A stretch of DNA of 16,099 bases from Halodesulfurarchaeum sp. (GTDB lineage: Archaea; Halobacteriota; Halobacteria; Halobacteriales; Halobacteriaceae): NCBI GenBank assembly GCA_042216015.1, contig JBDGUI010000048.1, positions 16,615 through 32,713 on the forward strand, given 5' to 3'. The notes under the pieces were generated by a model that was given only the letters and a program-made list of their open reading frames with translations, made no database searches and had not been told where the DNA came from. The position numbers and the translations under genes are program-made. Positions 9,460-16,099 of this stretch are shown piece after piece. The first letter of the stretch is position 1; each line of letters opens with the position of its first letter.

Positions 9460-9850
9460 CGATATCGAGCTCCTCGAGGGCGGAGATGACGGCTTCGGCT
9501 ACCGGCGTCGCCTCGTACTTGCGCCATCGACCGTCCTTTCGGCGGGTGACGAGGCCGGCTTCTCGGAGGTCGGCGAGCGCGTGGCTGATGGCGCTCTCAC
9601 TCACGTCAACCACCGCGGTGAGTTCACAGACACAGAGTTCGCCATCGGCGTCCGCGAGCACCCGCGCCAGCCGATAGCGCGTCTCGTTGCCGAGCGTCGA
9701 GAGGACCGCGAGGTCGGATGCGACCCGCTCGTTTCGAGCCGTCGACTGGAGCATGTCGAGTTCCGAGAGACGCGCCTCCACGTCCTCGACCCGACACTCC
9801 TCGAGTTCGTCCTCGAGATAGCGATGGATTCGTTCGGATTCCGTTGCCAT
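9452..9850 (-). CDS. arsR: ArsR/SmtB-family metalloregulatory repressor
   Basis: 132 aa from ATG 9850; GELCVCEL alpha3 metal site, VSESAISHALADLREAGLV HTH, RKDGRWRKY wing; stop overlaps the acr3 start (ATGAGTGA). Confidence 0.93.
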   Translation of the reverse strand: MATESERIHRYLEDELEECRVEDVEARLSELDMLQSTARNERVASDLAVLSTLGNETRYRLARVLADADGELCVCELTAVVDVSESAISHALADLREAGLVTRRKDGRWRKYEATPVAEAVISALEELDIDE

Positions 9851-9856
9851 ACGAAC

Positions 9857-9881
9857 ATTTGAGCATTTCTTCAATTAAGGT
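9857..9881 (-). promoter_or_regulatory. arsR operon promoter (TATA-like CCTTAATT) with an overlapping imperfect palindrome, the candidate ArsR operator
   Basis: - strand reads ACCTTAATTGAAGAAATGCTCAAATGTTCGT-ATG; imperfect inverted repeat ATTTGAGCATTTCTTCAAT (9857-9875, core TTGA-N8-TCAA) between the TATA and the start; AT-rich against a GC-rich background. Confidence 0.6.
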
Positions 9882-10013
9882 CTGTCGCTCTCGCACGGTC
9901 TCGTCAACTGGTCGTACGGGAGGTCCGCTTCGAAACTTGTTCCTCAAAGAGGCGTTCGCTCTTCCGGCCCTCGATCCAAGGACTCCTATGTCGGCACGGC
10001 CTACACCGGATCA

Positions 10014-10640
10014 ATGACTGCGGGAGTCCTCGTCTGTGGGGGCGGATCGACCCGGTTCGGCGAGAGCGACAAGGTGTGTGCGGACCTCGCTGGTCGGCCG
10101 ATGGTTCGCCACGTCGCCGATCGGATCGAACCCGTCGTCGACGCATTGGTCGTCAACTGCCGGGCGTCCCAGCGCGATTGCATCGGGCGAGCGATGGCGG
10201 GTTATGACCTGCCGGTCACCTATGCGTTCGACGAACGGGAGGACGCCGGCCCCCTCCACGGAATCGGCCGAGGGCTCGCCGCGACAGATGCGGACTACGC
10301 GGTCGTCGTCGCCTGCGATATGCCCTTCGTCGATCCGGACTTCGTGGCGGACCTCTTCGACCGTGTGGGGGATCACGACGTGGCGATCCCACGGCACGGC
10401 GAGGGGAACTGGTACCAACCCTTGCAGGCGGTTTACCGCACTGATGCGATGGTCTCGGCCGTCGAAGACGCCCTCGAATCCGGGGTCGAACGACCGATCG
10501 AGCCGGCCCTCTCGCTCGACGCGGTGACGATCGAGGGCGAGGACCTGTGGGCGAATGCGGACGAACGGACGTTCTTCAACGTCAACACGCGCGAGGATCT
10601 CGAGCGGGCTGAGGCCTTCCTGCGGGACCGTCCCCCCTGA
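10014..10640 (+). CDS. mobA: Molybdenum cofactor guanylyltransferase
   Basis: 208 aa; GVLVCGGGSTRFG..DK, DAGPLHGI, VVACDMPFV, QPLQAVY, FFNVNTREDL. Confidence 0.92.
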   Translation: MTAGVLVCGGGSTRFGESDKVCADLAGRPMVRHVADRIEPVVDALVVNCRASQRDCIGRAMAGYDLPVTYAFDEREDAGPLHGIGRGLAATDADYAVVVACDMPFVDPDFVADLFDRVGDHDVAIPRHGEGNWYQPLQAVYRTDAMVSAVEDALESGVERPIEPALSLDAVTIEGEDLWANADERTFFNVNTREDLERAEAFLRDRPP

Positions 10641-10756
10641 GCCCGGCCTGTGGATTGTTACCGAACGGATGTGGCCATTCTTATAACACACAACATCGGA
10701 TATGAAGATGGAATGAACGGCTTCGGGGCTGGGCCGGACCAGCGGGTGAAATCCAC

Positions 10757-11281
10757 ATGAGACAGTCCGAGCGACCGGCGGGAACGGACGAGGGGATGCT
10801 TCGGGTCGTCATCAGGATCGAGCCCGAGGGCCACTGCCCGATGCTTCAGTTCGACGTGAATCCCGAGCACATCGAGGCGCAACTGGCCGGGGACGTCTGT
10901 CTCTGCAAGGCCATCATCACGCGAAGCGAAACGGTCGTCGAAGTTGGACCGTCGAAGCAGCACCGCACGTTCGTCGCGAACCATCTCGACTGGCTTCCCG
11001 CCTTCGACCGACTGGTGAAGGATGCGGCAGCGGTGTCGCCGTTCCATCGGCGGTACGTGACGATCACCGACCAGCTCTTCGGAAAGATCCGGGAACGACT
11101 CGACATCGCAGATCCTACCCCGTCGGAGATCGATGCCATGCTCGAACGAGTTCAACAGGGGATGTCCGGGGTCCCGGATGAAGCACAATCCCTCGAGTGG
11201 GGTACAATCTACACGCCTTCTGGGACTGCCGTGGGCACGTTCCGGTCCGAACGGCTCTGCAGGCGTTGTTGGGCGTCCTGA
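10757..11281 (+). CDS. Hypothetical protein, probably a chimeric or degenerate ORF with a DmsR-like Cys-containing N-terminal segment and no HTH
   Basis: 174 aa ORF with haloarchaeal-type codon use up to ~11200; N-terminus LRVVIRIEPEGHCPM..GDVCLCKAII resembles haloarchaeal DmsR/Bat-type regulator sensor domains (recollection); strong TATA CTTATAAC at 10680-10687. Confidence 0.45.
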   Translation: MRQSERPAGTDEGMLRVVIRIEPEGHCPMLQFDVNPEHIEAQLAGDVCLCKAIITRSETVVEVGPSKQHRTFVANHLDWLPAFDRLVKDAAAVSPFHRRYVTITDQLFGKIRERLDIADPTPSEIDAMLERVQQGMSGVPDEAQSLEWGTIYTPSGTAVGTFRSERLCRRCWAS

Positions 11282-11523
11282 GCGTCCTCTGTTCCGGTTC
11301 TGTGCTCGCGCATCCCATGCATTCTCAACATTCACACGGCCGAAAACGGGGGGCGGTGAGTCCAGGAAAGGTGGTGCATCCCCGGGCCGGGTAACTGTGT
11401 CCGGGACACAGCTGACCCAGTTGGTGCTCCGAACTGGGGGTATGAGTGTTTTGTGCCTCCCCGGCAACTGATCCGACTCGACGGAACACCAAAGGGCTAC
11501 CTTCCCCTATCTGTACCCGAGTC

Positions 11524-11697
11524 ATGCCCCGACGCCCCGAATCCGGAACCTACCACGATTGGCGGTCGTTCTTCAACTGTCCGGACTGTGGGAGTGACGA
11601 CGTTGGATTCGAGCACTACGACGACGGCACGATGTTCCGCTGCAATCGCTGCGGGGCGGAGGCGTGGGCCGCGTCGATCGTCGAACGGGAGCGCTAA
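11524..11697 (+). CDS. Small CPxCG-type zinc-finger microprotein
   Basis: 57 aa from ATG 11524 with CPDCG and CNRCG motifs. Confidence 0.75.
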   Translation: MPRRPESGTYHDWRSFFNCPDCGSDDVGFEHYDDGTMFRCNRCGAEAWAASIVERER

Positions 11698-11768
11698 TCG
11701 AGCAGTCTATTCCCCTTGCCGGGCGCTGTACCGTCAGCATTAGATACCTGCCTCTCCCAATCGGGTCC

Positions 11769-11975
11769 ATGAACGTGTTTCAGGACCGATTGGACGCCGT
11801 GGCCATCCCGGTCGCCATTTTCACTCTCGTGGTCGGGTTGGGGACGCTTCTCGGACAACCTTGGCAGTACGCTGCCGGCGGCGCCCCCCTGATGGCGCTG
11901 CAGCTCTTTGGCGCGCTCGCGGCGGTCGGTATTGGCATCGGACTGCTCTGGCTCGGGCACTTCGTCGAGTCCTGA
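11769..11975 (+). CDS. Small hypothetical membrane protein (2 TM)
   Basis: 68 aa from ATG 11769; two hydrophobic stretches flanking GQPWQY; CATTAGAT TATA-like element ~27 nt upstream. Confidence 0.7.
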   Translation: MNVFQDRLDAVAIPVAIFTLVVGLGTLLGQPWQYAAGGAPLMALQLFGALAAVGIGIGLLWLGHFVES

Positions 11976-12020
11976 ATCCGGAACGATACACCCTTTGGCG
12001 GGTATCGCCTTCAGCATTCC

Positions 12021-13118
12021 ATGGAGACCGACGATTCCGGACCCGATTCGAAACTGCTCGACCGCATTTTCGAGACGAGCCCGACCGGAATCGTCGTGCT
12101 GACTCCCGATGGTTCGATCACGCGATGTAACGACCGCGCCGAGGAACTCCTCGGATTGGAAGAGAGCGACATCGAGGGGATGACCTACGCCGAGCCGGAA
12201 TGGACGTTCACCGACGAGGCCGGCGAGCAGGTCCCTGAATCTGCCCACCCCTTCGTCCAGGTGCGGGACAGTGGTGGGCCGATTTTCGGCCAGGAGTTCC
12301 GGATGGAACGGCCCCACGCAGATCCGGTTTACCTCTCGATTTCTGGCGCCCCGATTGTCGAGAGTGGTGAGGTGAAACGGCTGGTTTTCGCCTTCGAGGA
12401 CGTCAGTGACCGCCGGGAACGCGAACGGGAACTCGAGGTCATGACCCGTCAGCTCGAAGTGCTCAACCGCGTCGTCCGCCACGACATTCGCAACGAGATG
12501 GCGGTCATCCTGGGTTTCATCGAGACGGCCGCCGATGTCGTCGACGATCCGATGGCCGCGGAGTATCTCGACCGGGCCCAGCGGGCTGGCGAACACGTCG
12601 TCTCGATCACGAAGGCCGCCCGCGACCTCATGGACGTCGTGACCGCCTCCGAACCGCCGGATCTCGATGCCATCGAGATCCGTCCGATTCTCGAGGAGGA
12701 GATCGGGATGGTGCGAGAGGCGAACCCCGAGGCCACGATCGGGATCGACGGTTCGATTCCCGACGTCACCGTTCGGGCGACCGAACTTCTCGATTCGGTG
12801 TTCCGCAACCTCCTCACGAACGCGATCGTCCACAACGACATCGAGGAGCGGAAGGTCACCGTCTCGGCCAGGACCGAAGACGGGATCCTGCGGGTCGAGA
12901 TTGCCGACAACGGCCCCGGGATTCCCGACGAGGAGAAGTGGAAGATCTTCGGCAAGGGAGAGCGGGGCCTCGACAGCGAAAGCACCGGGATCGGACTCTT
13001 TCTCGTCGAGAATCTCGTCACCCAGTTCGATGGCGACGTCTGGGTCGAGGACAACGAGCCCCGTGGCGCGGTGTTCGTCGTGGAACTCCGGATCGCGGAA
13101 CCCGACCGGGAGGATTGA
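12021..13118 (+). CDS. PAS-domain sensor histidine kinase (soluble)
   Basis: 365 aa; N-terminal PAS (IFETSPTGIVVL..CNDRAEELLG), H-box RHDIRNEM, N-box FRNLLTNAIVH, G1 DNGPG, F-box IF, G2 GIGL. Confidence 0.93.
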   Translation: METDDSGPDSKLLDRIFETSPTGIVVLTPDGSITRCNDRAEELLGLEESDIEGMTYAEPEWTFTDEAGEQVPESAHPFVQVRDSGGPIFGQEFRMERPHADPVYLSISGAPIVESGEVKRLVFAFEDVSDRRERERELEVMTRQLEVLNRVVRHDIRNEMAVILGFIETAADVVDDPMAAEYLDRAQRAGEHVVSITKAARDLMDVVTASEPPDLDAIEIRPILEEEIGMVREANPEATIGIDGSIPDVTVRATELLDSVFRNLLTNAIVHNDIEERKVTVSARTEDGILRVEIADNGPGIPDEEKWKIFGKGERGLDSESTGIGLFLVENLVTQFDGDVWVEDNEPRGAVFVVELRIAEPDRED

Positions 13119-13156
13119 GGTCGCGATGGGTAAACTGGCGAGCAGGTGACACTGAC

Positions 13157-13200
13157 AGCTCCGGATCGGTCGGTCACGCGATCGCAGCCCGATCCGGGCT
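13157..13200. other. GC-rich hairpin between the convergent kinase gene and the tRNA transcript
   Basis: CCGGATCGG (13161-13169) / CCGATCCGG (13189-13197) perfect 9-bp inverted repeat, extended outward by AGC/GCT and inward by CGGTC/GATCG. Confidence 0.45.
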
Positions 13201-13289
13201 CTGAATCAACGCATGGGTCACGCTGGTGCCGTCTTTCGGGATAAACCTCCGGGAGATTTGTCTGGCCGCTGGAATGTGTATCGGGAGAA

Positions 13290-13445
13290 CACGGGCCGGG
13301 AGGGATTGTGAACCGAGTGGAGACGTGCTCACCCACGGTGTTCGCTGCGCGCGCCTCCCCGGGTTCAAATCCCTCCCGACCGCTCGGCTCGCCGCTTCGC
13401 TGACGCTCAGGGGCTCACTGCACGGGCCGGGAGGGATTTGAACCC
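13290..13445 (-). repeat. tRNA-3'-end-derived composite repeat (direct plus inverted copies of the T-arm/acceptor strand)
   Basis: 13290-13307 CACGGGCCGGGAGGGATT is identical to 13421-13438 and continues TGAACC after a 1-nt insertion; 13361-13378 is a perfect 18-bp inverted copy of 13428-13445. Confidence 0.9.
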
Positions 13446-13496
13446 CCGTCCGTCTGGTTAAAAGCCAGACGCTCTGCCTACCTGAGCTACCGGCCC
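13423..13496 (-). tRNA. tRNA-Lys (anticodon UUU), intronless, CCA not encoded
   Basis: - strand GGGCCGGTAGCTCAGGTAGGCAGAGCGTCTGGCTTTTAACCAGACGGACGGGGGTTCAAATCCCTCCCGGCCCG: acceptor GGGCCGG/CCGGCCC, anticodon stem TCTGG/CCAGA with loop CTTTTAA, GTTCAAATC T-loop, discriminator G. Confidence 0.97.
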
Positions 13497-13520
13497 TCAT
13501 CGACACTGTCGTGACTGTCC

Positions 13521-13536
13521 GGTTAAACCCTTTCCC
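13521..13536 (-). promoter_or_regulatory. BRE/TATA promoter of tRNA-Lys
   Basis: - strand GGGAAAGGGTTTAACC ~25-40 nt upstream of the mature tRNA 5' end. Confidence 0.7.
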
Positions 13537-13550
13537 TCCGAACCGGCTGG

Positions 13551-14834
13551 TCACACCCTCACCGTCGTCCCGTTTTCCGGCGCACTCGCCTCGAACCCGT
13601 CGGTTTCCAACTCCTCGGCAAACGCCTCACTGCGATCGCCGTGATTGACGAGAATTCGAGCGTCCCGGTAGGCGTCGAGAAACGACCGCAACCCCTCCCG
13701 GTCGGCGTGGGCCGAGAAGTCGAACTGCTCGATCCGCGCGGCCACCCGCATCCGGCGGTTGTCGATCTCGGCGATCCCCGTCTCGAGCAACTCCCGACCG
13801 GGCGTTCCCTCGACCTGATACCCCGCGAGTGCGATCAGGTTCGTCGGGTCCGATCGAATCTCCGGGATGTAAGTCATCGCCGGCCCGCCCGAGAGCATCC
13901 CACTCGTGGTCACGATGGCCGTGGACTGCTCGGCGATGCGCTTTCGTTGCCCGTCCCGACCCGTGACGAAGCGAGCATGTGAGGTCGCCTGCCGGAGCGC
14001 CTCGGGATCGCGGACGTACTCCGGGTACTGGCGGAGCATCTCGGTCACCCCCTTGCCCATGCCGTCGACGTAGCAGGGGATGTCGTGGGTGGCACAGACG
14101 AGCAACAGCTCCTGTGTCCGTCCGATGGCGAAGGCCGGGATGACCACGGTTCCGCCCTCCCAGAGGGTCTGTTCGACGCGCCGGACGAATCGCGATTCGA
14201 CGTCCTCCCGGGGCTCGTGAGAGACGTCAGCATAGGTGCTCTCGGTGATGACCACGTCCGCCGGTGGTCGGGCCGTCGTTCCGGCGACGAGGCGCTGGTC
14301 GTCGGTGTGGAAATCGCCGGTGTAGAGCAGCCGGGTCTCGCCGTCATCCACGAGGACGTGGGCGCTCCCGGGAATGTGACCCGCCGAGAAGAGGGTGATC
14401 TCGTGGCCCGCCGTGGTGAAGGCCTCCCTGTAGGCGTGACCGCGGGACTGCTGGGTTACGCGCTTCACGTGGGTCCGGGTAAACGGGCAGTTGTACGTGC
14501 CACCGAGTTCGCGGGGCTGAAACCGACCCGATTCGGCACCGGTTTCCGGGACGCCGTGCAGTTTGAGCGTGTCGCGAGCGAGCGTGCGGGCCAGTTCGCC
14601 CGTCGGCGGGGTCCAGTGGATCGTCGGCCAGTCCTCGCCCGAACAGAGCGTCGGCACGTTCCCGACGTGATCGAGGTGCCCGTGACTGGCGATCACCGAC
14701 TCGACCGCCGGACGCTCGATCGGGAACTGGAGTGGCTCACCGGCCCTGATGCCGAAATCGAGCAGAAGCCGGTCGTTCACGAGGATGGCACTCCGCCCCA
14801 CCTCGCGAGCCCCGCCGAGAAACCGGAGGTTCAT
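13551..14834 (-). CDS. MBL-fold beta-CASP ribonuclease (short archaeal CPSF-like, no KH domains)
   Basis: 427 aa; LGGAREVGRS, SHGHLDH (HxHxDH), AGHIPGS, YTGDF, ESTY, PAFAIGRTQE, TSGML, GYQVEGTPG, FSAHAD, VNHGD. Confidence 0.92.
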   Translation of the reverse strand: MNLRFLGGAREVGRSAILVNDRLLLDFGIRAGEPLQFPIERPAVESVIASHGHLDHVGNVPTLCSGEDWPTIHWTPPTGELARTLARDTLKLHGVPETGAESGRFQPRELGGTYNCPFTRTHVKRVTQQSRGHAYREAFTTAGHEITLFSAGHIPGSAHVLVDDGETRLLYTGDFHTDDQRLVAGTTARPPADVVITESTYADVSHEPREDVESRFVRRVEQTLWEGGTVVIPAFAIGRTQELLLVCATHDIPCYVDGMGKGVTEMLRQYPEYVRDPEALRQATSHARFVTGRDGQRKRIAEQSTAIVTTSGMLSGGPAMTYIPEIRSDPTNLIALAGYQVEGTPGRELLETGIAEIDNRRMRVAARIEQFDFSAHADREGLRSFLDAYRDARILVNHGDRSEAFAEELETDGFEASAPENGTTVRV

Positions 14835-14946
14835 CGAGTCACGGTATCGGGCCCGGCGGTTTCCACCCGTCGATTCGCCGCCGGTCGAACCCCTCCCGGA
14901 TTTCCCCTGCCGGTGTGTATTTGAGTCTCACTGCTCTTCTTCGTGT

Positions 14947-15486
14947 ATGGCAACCGAACCAGCACGGGCCACGCTCGCTGGCGGCTGTTTCTGGTGTCTC
15001 GAGGCCGCCTTCGAGGAGGTTCCCGGGGTGGACTCTGTGACGTCGGGCTACGCAGGTGGGGACGTATCCAATCCGAGCTACGAGGCCGTCTCGACCGGTG
15101 AAACGGGGCATGCAGAGTGCGTCCAACTCGAGTACGACCCGGAGGAAATCTCCTACGTGGACATCCTCGGGGTCTTCTTCCGGGTCCATGACCCGACACA
15201 GCTGAATCGGCAGGGGCCGGACGTCGGGACCCAGTACCGGTCGGCGATCTTCGCCCACAATCAGGAGCAACGGGAGACGGCGAACTCCTTCATTGCGGCC
15301 CTCGAAGACGAGGAGGCCTTCGAGGACGACATCGTCACCGAGGTCGAACCGCTCGAGACCTTCTGGGAGGCCGAGGAGGCCCATCAGGACTACTACGCCG
15401 AAAACCCCGACGATCGGTACTGCACCCGCTATGTCGAACCGAAGGTGAAGAAGGTGCAGGCGGCCTTCGGTGAGGAAACCGGGTGA
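14947..15486 (+). CDS. msrA: Peptide-methionine (S)-sulfoxide reductase
   Basis: 179 aa from ATG 14947; [58 protein letters not shown] at 14918-14925. Confidence 0.96.
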   Translation: MATEPARATLAGGCFWCLEAAFEEVPGVDSVTSGYAGGDVSNPSYEAVSTGETGHAECVQLEYDPEEISYVDILGVFFRVHDPTQLNRQGPDVGTQYRSAIFAHNQEQRETANSFIAALEDEEAFEDDIVTEVEPLETFWEAEEAHQDYYAENPDDRYCTRYVEPKVKKVQAAFGEETG

Positions 15487-15533
15487 CGGACGGGTTCGAT
15501 GCCCTTTTGACGCCCGGAACAGTTCGCTCTACC

Positions 15534-16076
15534 ATGGCCACGTTCAGCGTCGTCGTCTCCGATCCGGAGACGGGGCGATCGTTCACTCGAGAGGTAGAAG
15601 GGCAGGACGCAAACCGCTTTTTGGGCCGCGAGATCGGCGACGACGTCGACGGCACCGCCGTCGGTCTGGACGGCTTCACCGTCGAGATCACCGGCGGTTC
15701 CGACGACGCCGGCCGACCGATGCGACCGGACGTCCGGGGCGCGGACCTCTCGGAGGTGCTGCTGACGGGCGGCGTCGGCTACAATCCCGATCGTGACGGC
15801 GAACGCCGGCGCATCACCGTCAGGGGTCGCGAAGTCGGCGACCCGATCACCCAACTGAACGTCAAAGTTACCGAGGGCGAAGGCTCGGTCCCCGTCGCCC
15901 TCGGCGAGGAGGAACCGGAGGACGTCGACGAGGAACCCGAGGATGAAGCAGCGGAGGAGTCCGGGAAGGAGACAGACGTCGACGAAGCTGGAGACGCCGA
16001 GGACGAAGACCGCGATGCAGACGAGAGCGAGGCGGAACCGGACGAGGAAGACGAAGAGGCAGAGACCGAGGAATAA
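15534..16076 (+). CDS. rps6e: 30S ribosomal protein S6e with a long acidic C-terminal tail
   Basis: 180 aa from ATG 15534; [65 protein letters not shown]-like box at 15503-15510. Confidence 0.95.
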   Translation: MATFSVVVSDPETGRSFTREVEGQDANRFLGREIGDDVDGTAVGLDGFTVEITGGSDDAGRPMRPDVRGADLSEVLLTGGVGYNPDRDGERRRITVRGREVGDPITQLNVKVTEGEGSVPVALGEEEPEDVDEEPEDEAAEESGKETDVDEAGDAEDEDRDADESEAEPDEEDEEAETEE

Positions 16077-16099
16077 GCAACGGGGCGGTTTGGCTTCTC

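Noticed and set aside
11279..11360. TGA read-through (selenocysteine) after the CRRC-ending ORF, given downstream hairpins
   Set aside because: The frame closes again within ~26 codons, shows no selenoprotein-like context, and haloarchaea are not known to use Sec.
11341..11470. Possible Moco riboswitch near mobA (GGAAAGG and GCCTCCC words)
   Set aside because: The words occur in the opposite order to the Moco RNA motif as I recall it, and the region is downstream of mobA, not in its leader.
13290..13445. Repeat-spacer-repeat pattern read as a mini CRISPR array or a second tRNA gene
   Set aside because: The repeats are tRNA-derived and alternate in orientation, there are no cas genes, and the copies lack D and anticodon arms.

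Overview
GC-rich haloarchaeal (Halobacteria-type) chromosomal segment, judged from acidic proteins, an S6e ribosomal protein gene, and TATA-like boxes ~25-30 nt before apparently leaderless ATGs. Gene order: AAC(3)/YokD-family acetyltransferase (-), aconitase acnA (-), SDR-type L-threonine 3-dehydrogenase (+) convergent with 2-amino-3-ketobutyrate CoA ligase kbl (-), DUF59/SufT Fe-S assembly factor (+), a truncated NifB/NifX-family remnant (-), CDF Zn transporter (-), an arsR-acr3-arsC operon (-), mobA (+), a probably chimeric ORF with a DmsR-like Cys-rich N-terminus (+), a CPxCG zinc-finger microprotein (+), a small 2-TM membrane protein (+), an orphan PAS histidine kinase (+), tRNA-Lys(UUU) (-), a beta-CASP ribonuclease (-), msrA (+) and rps6e with a long acidic tail (+). 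Most of the window is housekeeping or metal-resistance DNA. The most unusual structure is the tRNA-Lys 3' trailer. It carries an inverted copy and then a direct copy of the tRNA's T-arm/acceptor 3' end, allowing two mutually exclusive long helices with shared loop motifs. Family assignments come from motifs recognised by eye; no database searches were run.
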